Source: an uncultured Candidatus Peribacteria bacterium (GTDB lineage: Bacteria; Patescibacteriota; Gracilibacteria; BD1-5; UBA6164). From it: a stretch of DNA of 64,000 nucleotides. Under the pieces are notes generated by a model. That model saw only the letters and a list, made by a program, of their open reading frames with translations, did not search any database and was not told where the DNA came from. Location of the stretch: assembly GCA_964527685.1 (NCBI GenBank), contig CAZGOC010000002.1:16717-80716 (forward strand), given 5' to 3'. Below, piece by piece: positions 34,179-45,742 of this stretch (position 1 is its first letter; each line of letters opens with the position of its first letter). The position numbers were made by a program, and so were the translations under genes.

Positions 34179-35131
34179 TAACTTATTTTTGTATTTTCTA
34201 AAATAGTTTTAATTATATCATCAACAAGTATTTCATCAGCTATAGCTTCATAATTTAAAATAATTCTATGTCTTAAAATAGGATATGCCATTTGTTTTAT
34301 ATCTTCAGGAATTACATAATCTCTACCATTTAAAAAAGCAAGTGCTTTTGATGATTTTAAAAGCGAGATAGATGCTCTTGGTGAAACTGGGTATGAAATA
34401 TATTTTGAAATATCTGTTTTATTTCTTGTATAAAAAACTATATCTTTTATGTAATTTATTATACTATCTCAAACATTTATATTTTCAATTAAATCTTGAA
34501 TTTCAAATATTTCATCTTTATTTAAAATCTTTTTTAAATTAATTTTTTCAATAGATGATATATTTTGCAATATTTTTAATTCTTCATTTTCTGTAGGATA
34601 ATCAACTATAGATTTTAATAAAAATCTATCAAGTTGTGCTTCTGGTAGCAAAAAAGTTCATTCTTGCTCTATAGGGTTTTGAGTTGCAAGTACTATAAAA
34701 GGTCTTTCTAGTTTAAATGTTGTATCTCAAATAGTTACTTGTTTTTCAGCCATTGATTCAAGTAAAGCTGATTGAACTTTTGATGGAGCACGATTTATTT
34801 CATCTGCAAGTAAAAAATTTGTAAAAATAGGTCATGATTTTATATAAAATTCATTTTTTACAGGATTATAGATATTGTTTCAAACTAAATCACTTGGTAA
34901 TAAATCAGGAGTGAATTGAATTCTTTTAAAATCTAAATCTAAAGTTTTTGCCAAACTATCAACAGTTAAAGTTTTTGCAAGTCAAGGAGCTCATTCAATT
35001 AAAATATGCCCAGAACAAAAAAGTCCTATTAAAAGATCTCTTATCAAAGTTTTTTGTCAAATTATTTTTTGCCCTAATTCATCATATACCTCGTCTATTT
35101 TCATAGATAAATTTTCTAATTTTTCAATCAT
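34178..35131 (-). CDS. moxR: MoxR-family AAA+ ATPase
   Basis: 317 aa: [67 protein letters not shown]. In frame with track ORF 34469-34651. Confidence 0.9.
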
Positions 35132-35221
35132 ATTTAATTGTTTTTTTTAATTAATAATTAAGTATGATTATAAATAAAAATAAATATTTTCAAAATAATT
35201 TTAAAATATTGTAACTATAAT

Positions 35222-35250
35222 TTGACAAAATAAAAAAAATATACTAAACT
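35222..35250 (+). promoter_or_regulatory. Sigma-70-like promoter (TTGACA-N17-TAAACT)
   Basis: Lies 50 nt upstream of the giant secreted protein ATG and divergent from moxR. Confidence 0.45.
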
Positions 35251-35300
35251 TTAAATGTAAGTATTTTACTAAAAAATATTTTAATTTATAATACTTTATA

Positions 35301-38300
35301 TATGAAAACAAAAATAAATATATTAGTTTGAATATTTCTATTTATATCTAGTTATATTTTTTCTATAAATACTACTTTTGCATGAGAGTGAGTAATACCT
35401 CTTACTTCATGAATAAAAGCTTGATATTATAGTATAAAATGGTGTAGTCCTCATAAATCATTACCAACATTACCAAATTGTTGACAATGATATTTTAATA
35501 AGGATTGATCTGTTTGAAAATTAACTTATAAATGAGAAAATTTTGCTAATTGAAATCTAAGTACTATAAAAATAGAAATACCACCTAATGGAACAAGAGT
35601 TGCAAGTAGTGGTTTTATTGGGTTATTTGATTGAATAACAGAACTTCAAATTGAATGAGAATGAGAGTATACTATTGAAGTATTTTTAATAGATTATGCT
35701 GATAATACTTCAGAAACAAAATTTGTATATAAAGTTGATAAAACAGCTCCTCAATTTCAGTTAACTTGAATTACTGAAAATAGTCCATATTTATATGTAG
35801 ATTCAAATCCTAGAATTAATTGAATAAATCAAAATTGATTAAAAAAATTTGATAGTGCAATTAATTTAAGTGATCCTGATTCTTGATTATACAACAATCC
35901 TTTACTAAATAATTATTCTTGAGAAATTCCAGTAGAAAGAAACAATCATGATAGAAATAATCTTTATACTATATATTATAAAGATTGATGAAGAAATTTT
36001 GATTTAGTTAATCTTATATCTGATACCTTTAATTGACTTTTAGATTCTTGATTGGTTTCTTGAATAAAAAATTACGAATTATATGATAAAGATTATAATT
36101 TAAAATCAACTTTAACTTCCTTATCAGGTATAAATACAAGTAATTTATGATTATTAAATAATTCTCAATGAAATTTCATAGTTAGAGCATATGATAACAC
36201 TACTTGAAAAACATGAGTTAATTGATGAAAAGCAAATTATTCAGAAGTAGTTTTTTATGCAGTTAAAGATAATACTCCTCCAAATATGTGAAATAATTTA
36301 GCTTCAAATGAGAGTGATGCTATAAAAAAGTTACTTTGATTTAGTCCTTTTATAACTACTTGGGATACTAATATCAGTAGTAATGTATCAAAATTTTTAG
36401 TAGCAAATAGTGCACAAAATCTTTCTTCTGCATTAAATGATACTTGAATATGAGCTTGAACTAATTATGAAAAATTTAATGCTTGAATACCTATTTGATT
36501 AACTAAAATTGAAATAGAAAAAAGTGATACTTTAAATGATTTTAGTGATATGTTTATATATAATAATAGATTTATTAACAATTCCTCAAGACAAAAAAAT
36601 TTTTCTTTAGTTGATAATAATAGAAGTAACTGATATAGAAAATATCAAACAAAATTTACAACTTCTTGAATCACTTGAAATGATAAAATATGTGATAATG
36701 TTTGAAATTGTTTAAATCCAGTTCTTGATTTCAGAGTTGTTGCAAATGTATTAGACCAATGAGTTTCAAATATAACAGTATGAATTGATAGTAATACTTG
36801 AAATAATAGAGTATTTGCAAATTGACTTGATAAATTTAATTTAGAAACTTCTTTGAGAGATATTTATTGAAATGCAATAGTTTGAGTAACTGCAGTTGAA
36901 AATTGAAATAAAAAAATAAAATCAATAGATATATCATTTAATTATCACAACTGATTAAAAAGAGATCAATTAAATAATACTTGAAGTAAATTAGTAACAG
37001 TTACTGATCTATTACCTGCAAAAAATAAAGCTACTAGTAATATATGATGAATAAATAATACTTGAAATTTATATTTTGCTGAAGAAGAAGAAGTATGAGC
37101 ACTTAACTCTACTACTAAGTTATGAACTTATAAATATAGTTTATCTTCTTTAGTTCCAAGTAATACTGCATACCCTTATTTAACAAATGATGCTGTTTTA
37201 AAATTACTTAATATAAATCCAAAAGCAAACATAGATACTTCTTGAGTTTGAGTATATTCATTATGAAATTTTAATACTACTATAAATTGATCTTGACCTA
37301 CAAAATTAATAACTTCAAATATAGATTTTTTAAATAAAGATGATTATAAAACTGATTTAGATGAAACAAAAAAAGATAATTATTGAATAGCAACTCCTGG
37401 GACTACAACATATTCTAATTTTTCAAATAATTATAATTTAGATTTCCCTTTTGCTTCTCCAATGATTTATTGAACTGAAAATTTATCATTAAATCATCTA
37501 ATAGCAAATGTAGGTCAAACAAAAAGCCATACAAAAAAACTATTTACATTTTGAATAAATAAAATAAATACTTCAGTATTTGAACAATATCTTCCTGCTT
37601 ATTCTAGTGGTGCTAATAAATTTACTCCTAACATATTTAATATATATAGTGTACTTGATACATGAAATATTGATACTAACATAATAAATTCTTGAACAAC
37701 AATAAATTGAAGCACATTAAATGATAGCCAAACAAATTATTTAACTAAATCATCTCCTATAAGAAATAATTACCAAATAGCTTGATATGGATTTAATATA
37801 TGATATGTTTCAAGTATTGATTATACTATATGAAGTGACAAAATAAAATTACCATCTATTTCAAGAAATATATCTGATTTTGCTACAAAAGATACCCCAA
37901 AAAATGAAAATGAAAATAAAAAAGCATCTTGATATTATTTTCTAATAACTAATGCTGATTTAACATGAAATTATGCTATTTTATGAGATCCTATAAAAAC
38001 ACTTTGATTACTTAGTGGTTTATGAATTGCCATAACTTGATTATCAAATCAAGAAGATTTGATGATAGTAGATAAAGATGCTTGAAGAAAAGCTAACTTA
38101 AATGTATGAGAAAATCTAAGTAGATATGATTTAATTTCGTCTTTTAAGAAAAATATAGAAAAATATGCTTCATCTTTATGAAAATGAAATAATAAAAATT
38201 GGTGTAATGCTGGTAATATTTGATTATGAGAACTAAATGATCCTTCAAATTCTTCTTTAAAAGATTGTACTATAAAGATATCTTGAGAAACTATTTCATT

Positions 38301-39048
38301 TATTAAATGAGATGTTAATATAAATTGTGTTAGCAATAATACTTGTATATTAAATAATGATTTAAAAAGAACTATTATAGTAAAAGATTGATCTACTTAT
38401 ATAGAATCAAACATAACTACTTTAGGTAAAAACTCTTGATTATTAATATGAACTATAGCAGATGCTTGATTAAAAAGTATAACTATACCTACTTGAAATA
38501 ATCCAAGTATAACTAGAGATAATACAACTTATTGATGGACTTTTATTGACCCAAGTGTTACAAATATAGATGCATTTATAGTATCTCAATGACCTATGAT
38601 TTCATATAGTTGATGAAAAATATATAATACTCCTACTGAAACTGACTTAAAAAATCAATTACATATTTATTGATCTACATTATCTTTAAATACTGTTTGA
38701 TGATATAAAGATGAAAGTAGTTCTAAATGTCCTTATATAGTAACTAATTGTTCTCAAAAAAATGCCTTTATATTTGACTTAGTTACTTTAAGAAGATATA
38801 GTTTAGTTTCAGACATAGTTTGAAGTACTAATTTAATTCCATCTTGAGGTTGATTTAGATCTTGAAGAAATAATAGTGAATTAACTACAAATTGAGCTAA
38901 TCCTCTAAAACTAACTCAAGCAGATGATTCTTGAACTAATTGATTAAGATATATATCAGATATTGATTATATAGTTTATCCAATTTTTGTGCAAAGAGAT
39001 ACTTATTGGAATAAATCTCCAAGTATTATGTCTAAAATAGTAAAATAA
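35301..39048 (+). CDS. Giant secreted/surface protein (about 1250 aa) with a frame break at about 35398
   Basis: ATG 35301 gives the signal peptide MKTKINILVGIFLFISSYIFSINTTFAGEGVIP, and that frame stops at 35430. The body (35398-39048, 1216 codons, verified open at several landmarks) is in the +1 frame and has no start codon for hundreds of nt. It contains VYKVDKTAPQF and AVKDNTPPN motifs typical of Ig-like surface-protein domain starts, and many Gly encoded by TGA. Confidence 0.7.
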
Positions 39049-39137
39049 TTTGTCAAGTAATTATACTTTGATAATACTAAAAAATAATTAAAATAATCTT
39101 AAATGAAAAAATAATTTATACTTTATTATTATCTAAA

Positions 39138-39905
39138 ATGAAAAAAAAATTAAACATTATATTAATTATATTAATAGCAATAATTTTTATTGTAATAATA
39201 ATTTTTGTTAAAAATAGTGACTCTACTTCTAAAACTAATATTTCTAATACAGAAAAACAAGTTGATAATGATGTTAGTTTATATAACAAAATATTAAATT
39301 CTTCAACTAAAGAAGATGACAAATCAAAGTGTAATGAAATAAAAGATAGTGAAGTAAGAAATATTTGTATATCTTCTGTAGAAACAAAATTTGATCCTTT
39401 AAGAAGTGCTAAAAGTAATAAAGATTGTGAAAAATTAACAGATAGATGAACTGAAAAAAAAGATTTTAGAGTTAATTTATGCTATTATAATTTAATAACT
39501 AAAGAACCAAAAGAATTAAATGACTACAAAAAATGTGATATAATAAAAGATAAAGATTTAAAAGAAAATTGTATTTCTACAGTTAAGTTAAAGTTTAATG
39601 ATGAAAGTAAAATTACTTCTTTAGAATGATGTGATACACTAAAGGAAACAAAAACTGAATCAAAAGAACTAAGACAAGATGTATGTAGATATAATAAAAT
39701 TAAATTAGTAGTAAATTGAAATAATTATGAGGAATTATGCTCTAAAATAAAAACTAAAGATATAAATGAAATTTGTTTAAATGATTATAAAAATTTACCC
39801 AAATTAAAAGATATTCCTATGATAATTCCCCCTTTGTGAAGTTTTAATTCTTGATCTTCACAAAGTTGAGAAAAACTTCCTCCACCTATTATAATGCCTA
39901 ATTAA
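39138..39905 (+). CDS. Membrane-anchored protein with five Cys-pair repeats (255 aa)
   Basis: Track ORF 39138-39449 extended through TGA. N-terminal TM segment IILIILIAIIFIVIIIFV. Repeats of the form KC.EIKD...R..C, for example KCNEIKDSEVRNIC, KCDIIKDKDLKENC and ELCSKIKTKDINEIC. Pro-rich tail. Confidence 0.65.
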
Positions 39906-39908
39906 TAA

Positions 39909-39942
39909 AAAAGACTACAAAGAAAATTTTTTGTAGTCTTTT
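39909..39942 (+). terminator. Terminator after the Cys-repeat gene
   Basis: aaaagactacaa-agaaaatttt-ttgtagtctttt. Confidence 0.7.
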
Positions 39943-39954
39943 ACTATATAATTA

Positions 39955-40000
39955 TTAAGAAAATAAAAAGAAGTTTTAAAACTTCTTTTTATTTTCTTAA
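39955..40000. terminator. Perfect 46-nt palindrome (23+23); terminator containing the rpsO stop
   Basis: ttaagaaaataaaaagaagtttt|aaaacttctttttattttcttaa. The two arms were verified to be exact reverse complements. Confidence 0.7.
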
Positions 40001-40252
40001 ATTTAATTTTGATAAAATTTCTTCATATTTTTCAATATTTGAATTTTTTAGGTAGTTTAACATTTTTCTTCTTTTAGCAACCATTAACATAATTCATCTT
40101 CTTGAGTGATTATCTTTTTTATGTAATTCTAAATGTTGTTTTAAATTTTCTATTCTAGTAGTTAAAATAGCTATTTGAACTTCTGGAGATCCAGTGTCTT
40201 TTTTGTCTCTTGCAAAATTTGCAATAACTTCTTTTTTCTCTGCTCTTTGCAT
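39989..40252 (-). CDS. rpsO: 30S ribosomal protein S15
   Basis: 87 aa: ..[56 protein letters not shown]... Confidence 0.9.
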
Positions 40253-40426
40253 AGGTAAAGTATTTTTAAAAATTAAAATATAAAAAAACCATAAAATACA
40301 ACAGTCTTTTTATTAAAAGCTAGTATATAAAAATACATTTAAAAAGCAAATTATTTTTTTGTTTGTTTTAATTTATATTTTTATTATAATTTAAACTACT
40401 TAATTTATAATTTAATTTTTTAAAAT

Positions 40427-41383
40427 ATGTGATTTATAACTCCTCTTTTAATAATTTGAATAATAACTTTATGAATTGTTTCATGACTTTTAATACCAGC
40501 ATTATTTTTATCAGTAATTATATGATTTCTATCAATAAAAATTGTTACCCCAAATACAGTTAAAACTGTTGAATTTTTATGAAAATATAATAGAATTTTA
40601 AGACCTTGAATAAATTTTTTAATTCCATTTATTGAATGGACTAAACATCAAGATTTATACAAAAAAAACTTTGTATCAAATGTTGAAAGTATTTCATCAG
40701 ACAATGTAACTGTTTATGTAAAATTAAATACTATATACTATGTTGTTGATAATTTAGATGATACAGTAAATTGAAATATCTATAAATCGATTTATTCTGT
40801 TTATAACTTTACTCAAATACTTGAATCAGTTATTGATGAGCAATTAAGAGCTTTAATCTCTACTTTTGATCATAAAGAAATTTTTTCAAAAAGACAAGAG
40901 ATATGAGAAGATATTGAAAGAAATTTAAAAGAAAAATTAGCTCAATTTTGATATACTCTTGATTCTATCCAAGTTAGAGATATAAAACTTGAAGCATCTG
41001 TTATGAGCGCTATGAATAGAGTTGTTGAATCTTTAAAATTAAAAGAAGCTGCTTTAAATGAATGAGAAGCAGAAAAAATAAGACTTGTTAAACAAGCAGA
41101 AGCAGATAAAGATTCAAAAATACTTATTTGACAATGAATGGCTTGACAAAGAATGGAAATTGCAAAATGATTTAGAGAATCAGTTGAAATGATTAAATGA
41201 GCTGATTGAAGTCTTGATTGAGATAAAATCTTAAAATTTTTACTTGATTCATCAAGGATTGAAACTCTAAACACTATTTGAAATACTCAAAATTCTAAAT
41301 TAATCTACCTTAATGAAGATTTAGAATGAAGAGGATGACCAAGAGAAACAAAACTTATAGCTTGAAGTGATTTAATGAAATAA
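40427..41383 (+). CDS. SPFH/band-7 (stomatin/prohibitin-like) membrane protein
   Basis: 318 aa: N-terminal TM, then ..VTPNTVKTVEFLGKYNRILRPGINFLIPFIEW..SDNVTVYV..VRDIKL..AEADK.., typical of the SPFH domain. Confidence 0.8.
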
Positions 41384-41387
41384 AAAA

Positions 41388-41831
41388 ATGTTTTATATAT
41401 TTATAATATCTTTGATATTTATTGATTTATTTACAAAACTTATTGCAAAAAATAACCTATTAGTACAAAAAAATCTAATAGGTGATTTTTTGTTTTTAAA
41501 ATATAGTGAAAATATTTGAATAGCTTTTTCTTTTCCTATTACTTGAATATGATTAAAAATATTGACTATAGTTTTAATATGAGTAATATTTTGGTATTAT
41601 ATAAAAGAAGAAAAATATAAAAATATAAAAATTATTGATTTATCTTTTATTTTTATACTTTCTTGAGCTTTATGAAATTGAATTGAAAGAGTTTTTAACT
41701 CTAAAGTAATTGATTTTATAGGAGTTAAATATTTTGCAATATTTAATTTTGCTGATATATTTATATTTGTTTGAGTTTTTTTATATATATTTTACTTAAT
41801 TTTTTTAAATAAATATGAGCAAAAACGATAA
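41388..41831 (+). CDS. lspA: Lipoprotein signal peptidase II
   Basis: 147 aa: ENIGIAFSF, LSGALGNGIERVF..VIDFI..FNFADIF (the N.G.AF and GN..DR..V.DF..FN.AD motifs). Confidence 0.8.
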
Positions 41832-42585
41832 TTTTTTTTGACCAAGGAAAATTTGAATTGTTGATATACTAATGCATAGTGCTTGAGGCTTTACAGCTTG
41901 ATTTATTTGAAGTGTATTACTTTTATTTATTGTTCTTAGTTTTTGATGATTAATTGACCTACCTTCAAAAATATGACAAGTTTCTTTCACTATGTGATGA
42001 AATAGCCCTATTTTTCCTTTTGCATTATCATTTATAACATTTATTGTCTCAATAATAGTTGTATTACTTACTTATTATTTTTTAACAATAATTGATCAAG
42101 AAAAATATAAAAAAACTATAATTCACTTTTCTCAACTTGCTGTTTTTGCAATAATTATTTATATATTATTTATAACTATTTATATAGTTGTAGGGGTTAA
42201 TAATTATGATTATATAATGTATGTTTTTATATTTCATATATTAATTTTAACTTTTTGAAGTATATTGATTTTAGAATTATTAAATAATTATAGATATATA
42301 TTACTTTGAGTTTATTCAAGTTTTTTTGGTTTTTGAGTTGCATCAATAATTATTTTGTTTATTTTTTCAATGTTTTGAACTAGTTATGCAAAACTACTTT
42401 CTTTATTATTAATGCTTCCTTTAAGTGTTTGATTATTACTTTTTTTTAAGTGATTATTTGAATTTTTATATTATAAATATTTTATAATAACATGAAAAGA
42501 CCAACTTTGAGATATTTTTGAACAAATAAAACAAGAAGAAGTCGATTTATATAATGAAGCAATTTCAGAAAATAATACTTATTAA
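41815..42585 (+). CDS. Multi-pass membrane protein, unknown function
   Basis: 256 aa with several hydrophobic segments. Overlaps lspA by 17 nt. Start and stop frames agree. Confidence 0.55.
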
Positions 42586-42595
42586 TCTTTAAAAA

Positions 42596-43156
42596 ATGTT
42601 AAATATAGCCCTACAATCAATAAAATATTATCTAGAAAATAATAAAATACCTTCAAAAAACGAAATAGAAATAAAAGATACTACTCTACTTTCAAAAACT
42701 TGAAGTTTATTTGTAACTATTTATAAAAACTGAAATATAGTTTGAAGTAGTTGAAATATAAAAGAAACTTTAAAAAATGATAATTCTCCTAACTCTATTG
42801 TGGATGAAGTGATTTTAAACTCTATTTTTTCATTACAAGATGAAAGATTTGAAAAAATATCTTTAAAAGATTTAGATAAAATTAAAATAAGAATTGATGT
42901 TATTTCAAAAAAGTTATTAAATAAAGAAAATTCAACTATAAAAAATCAAATTTTAAACTTAAATCCAGCAAAAAGTTGAATTATTGCTATGAAAAGTGAT
43001 TATACAAAATTATCTGTTATTTTACCAAATATATCTCCAACTTTAGTAAATTGACAAGATTTAATAAATGCTTTGTCAAACAAATTAGATGAAGAATTTA
43101 TTGAAGAAAACTATATAACTTATGAAATTAATTCTCATATATTAACAAATTATTAA
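42596..43156 (+). CDS. AMMECR1 domain protein
   Basis: 186 aa: ..TGSLFVTIYKNGNIVGSSGNI.., ..LQDERFEKISLKDLDKIKIRIDVIS.., ..GIIAMKSDYTKLSVILPN.. follows the AMMECR1 pattern (GaFVT..LRGCiG; D.RF.p; a.fLP). The usual Cys is not conserved. Confidence 0.55.
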
Positions 43157-43157
43157 A

Positions 43158-43916
43158 ATGTCTATTTTTGAATTAAATATTTTTTGAATTACTATTGCTC
43201 CAAGTTATTATTGACTTATGTATGTGATTTGATTTATATCTTGATATTATTATATTTTTAAAAAAAATATTTTATCAAAAGAAAAACTTGATGATTTATT
43301 TTTTTTAGTTGCTCTTTGAGTTATAATGTGAGGTAGAGTTTGATATATATTATTTTATGATTTTTCTTATTATTTATCAAACCCTATTGCTATTTTTGAA
43401 GTTTGGAAATGATGAATGAGCTTTCATTGAGGTTTTTTATGAGTGGTTTTAGCTGTAATATATTTTGCTTATAAAAATAAAATTAGTTTTTTTAAAATCA
43501 TTGATGAACTTGCTGTAATAGTGCCAGTTTGAATATGAGCTTGAAGAATATGAAATTATTTAAATAAAGAATTACTTTGATTTTCAAACTATACTTGATT
43601 TTTAGCAGTTGAAAAAAAATGATTATCTTACTTCCCTTCTCCTTTACTTGAAGCTTTTTTAGAGTGATTTATTTTGTTTATAGCTTTATATTTTATAAAT
43701 AAAAATAAAAAATTTTATTGAAAAACAAGTGCTTACTTTTTAATACTTTATTCAAGTTTTAGAATATTTGTAGAAGTATTTTTTAGGACTCCTGACCCTC
43801 AAATATGATATATATTTTGATTTTTAACTATGTGAATTATTTTAAGTATACCGATGTTTGGACTTTGAATTATAATATTATTTAAAAATAATAGAAATGA
43901 AATTATCAATAAGTAA
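43158..43916 (+). CDS. lgt: Prolipoprotein diacylglyceryl transferase
   Basis: 252 aa: VWKGGMSFHGGFLGV, GIGAGRIGNYLNKELLG. Confidence 0.85.
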
Positions 43917-44445
43917 TACTTTAATATTTTTATCTACAATAATTACTATTTTATCATATTTTAATAATGATTTACTTAATTTTTGATTAAATCATTTTTT
44001 TTTAGAAAATAAAAATTATTTATTTGTTATCTTACAATTTGTATTGTATAGTTTTTTGCATTGATGAATTTTTCATTTATTGTTTAATAGTTTATTTTTA
44101 TATATTTTTTGAAATCAAGTTGAATATATTATTTGAAAAAAAAGTTATTTAGTATTTTTTATTTTTGTTACTATATTTAACTGAATTGCTTTAATTTTTT
44201 TAACTAAAATTTGAACAAATACTATTTGAATTAGTTGATTTGGTCTTGCTATACTTTCTTTTTTGACAATTTATTTGTATGAAAAAAAAGACACAGAATA
44301 TAAATGATGAATTACTGGGATTATTTTAAATATTTTAATTTGATTTTCTGCTAAAATAAGCCTTGTTGGGCATTTATTTGGAGCAATTTTTTGAGTTTTA
44401 TTTTATATTATTTATAAATTTTTAAATAAAAAGTCACATTTGTAA
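43897..44445 (+). CDS. Rhomboid-family intramembrane serine protease
   Basis: 182 aa: FLHGGIFHLLFN, catalytic GISGFG (GxSG), and SLVGHLFGAIFG (His). Overlaps lgt by 20 nt. Confidence 0.75.
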
Positions 44446-45672
44446 TTTATCTTCTAAAAAAATATTTTCATCTTCTTTTAATAAAAAATTTTGTATAATT
44501 TCTAAATCATATTTTAAATTATGACCTATTATTGTTATATCAAGTAAAAATAATTTATTGAAAAAATCTTTTAAATTATTTTTTGAAACTTTATCTCAAA
44601 TATGTCAAAAATTAATATAATATATATTTTTTTCATCTAAAAATATTGATACTCAAACTAATTTTGCCTGCATAATTTCAAGTGAAGTTGTCTCTGTATC
44701 TAAAACTATTTTGTCAAATGATTTTATTTTATCAAACAATTTTTCTAAATCTAAATTTGATGTAATTAAATTTACTTGTAAATTTAATTCATCCCAAGTT
44801 TTTAGTTTTTTATCTTCTTTATATAGTGAATAAAATTCATATTTTGTAAAAAAATTTTTTGAATTTTCATTTAATAATTCATCTTTATAAAATCTATAAT
44901 CTTCTAAATAAAAATTTTCTAAATCCACATTTTTAATTATAGTTGCTAGTTTTTTTGATAAAAAGGCTATTTCTTTATTTTCTTTTAATATATCTAAATT
45001 TTTTTTAGTAATTATAAAATCACTATCATCTATATGATTATAAATTTCCTCCAAACTTCAATATGTATTAATTAAAGAAATCGCTTTTTTAGGTCAAAAA
45101 CCTGGTATTCAAGGGATATTATCTGAAGTATCTCAAACTATTGATAAATAATCTATTATATTTTTTGCAGGAACTTCAAATTTTTTTTGGGCTTCAATAT
45201 CATCATATATTTTTTGTTTTTGAGTGTCATATATTTTAACATTTTTAGTCGTTAAACTAAATAAATCTTTATCTCAAGAAAGTATAAAAATCTCAAAATC
45301 ATTATTTTGTCATAAAGAAGTTGCTAAAGTTCAAATTACATCATCAGCTTCATATCAAGGAATTTCAATTATTTTACAATTTAAATTTTTTAAAAGTTCT
45401 TCTATTAAAGATATTTGTGATTTTAAATTATCAGGCATTTTATCACGAGTTGCTTTATAGTCTTTGTATATTTGATGACGAAAATTTTCTCATTTAGCAT
45501 CTTTTATAAAAAGTAAATAATCTGGATTTTCTTTGGTAAATTGATTTAAAAATAATTTTGCAATTCAAAAAACAGCATTAACTACTTCTCAAGAAGAAGT
45601 AGAAAATTCTGGCAAAGCAAAAAACATACGATAAATAAATGAATTTCAATCTATTAAATAAATTTTTTTCAT
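44422..45672 (-). CDS. polA: DNA polymerase I N-terminal portion only (5'-3' exonuclease plus partial 3'-5' exonuclease; no polymerase domain)
   Basis: 416 aa: LIDGNSFIYRMFFAL, GYEADDVIGTLA, VGDTSDNIPGIPGFGPKKA (FEN domain). Then VLDTETTSLE (ExoI) and IGHNLKYDLEII (ExoII), followed by stop TAA at 44422-44424. In frame with track ORF 44653-45054. Confidence 0.8.
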
Positions 45673-45742
45673 GAGATTTGTATTTTTACAAAATTTAAAT
45701 ATATTTTCATTATACTAATAATTAACAATTTACAAAAATATT

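Noticed and set aside
38049-38336. Track ORFs 38049-38336 (-), 39116-39322 (-), 40942-41274 (-), 41805-41990 (-), 51063-51293 (-) and 51806-51991 (-), plus 9644-9832, 15377-15562, 25235-25435, 27640-27849, 33622-33879, 45224-45460, 46616-46819, 47130-47372, 48047-48331 and 59765-60052 (+).
   Set aside because: Each lies antisense to, or out of frame within, a longer code-25 gene with recognisable homology or consistent start/stop frames.
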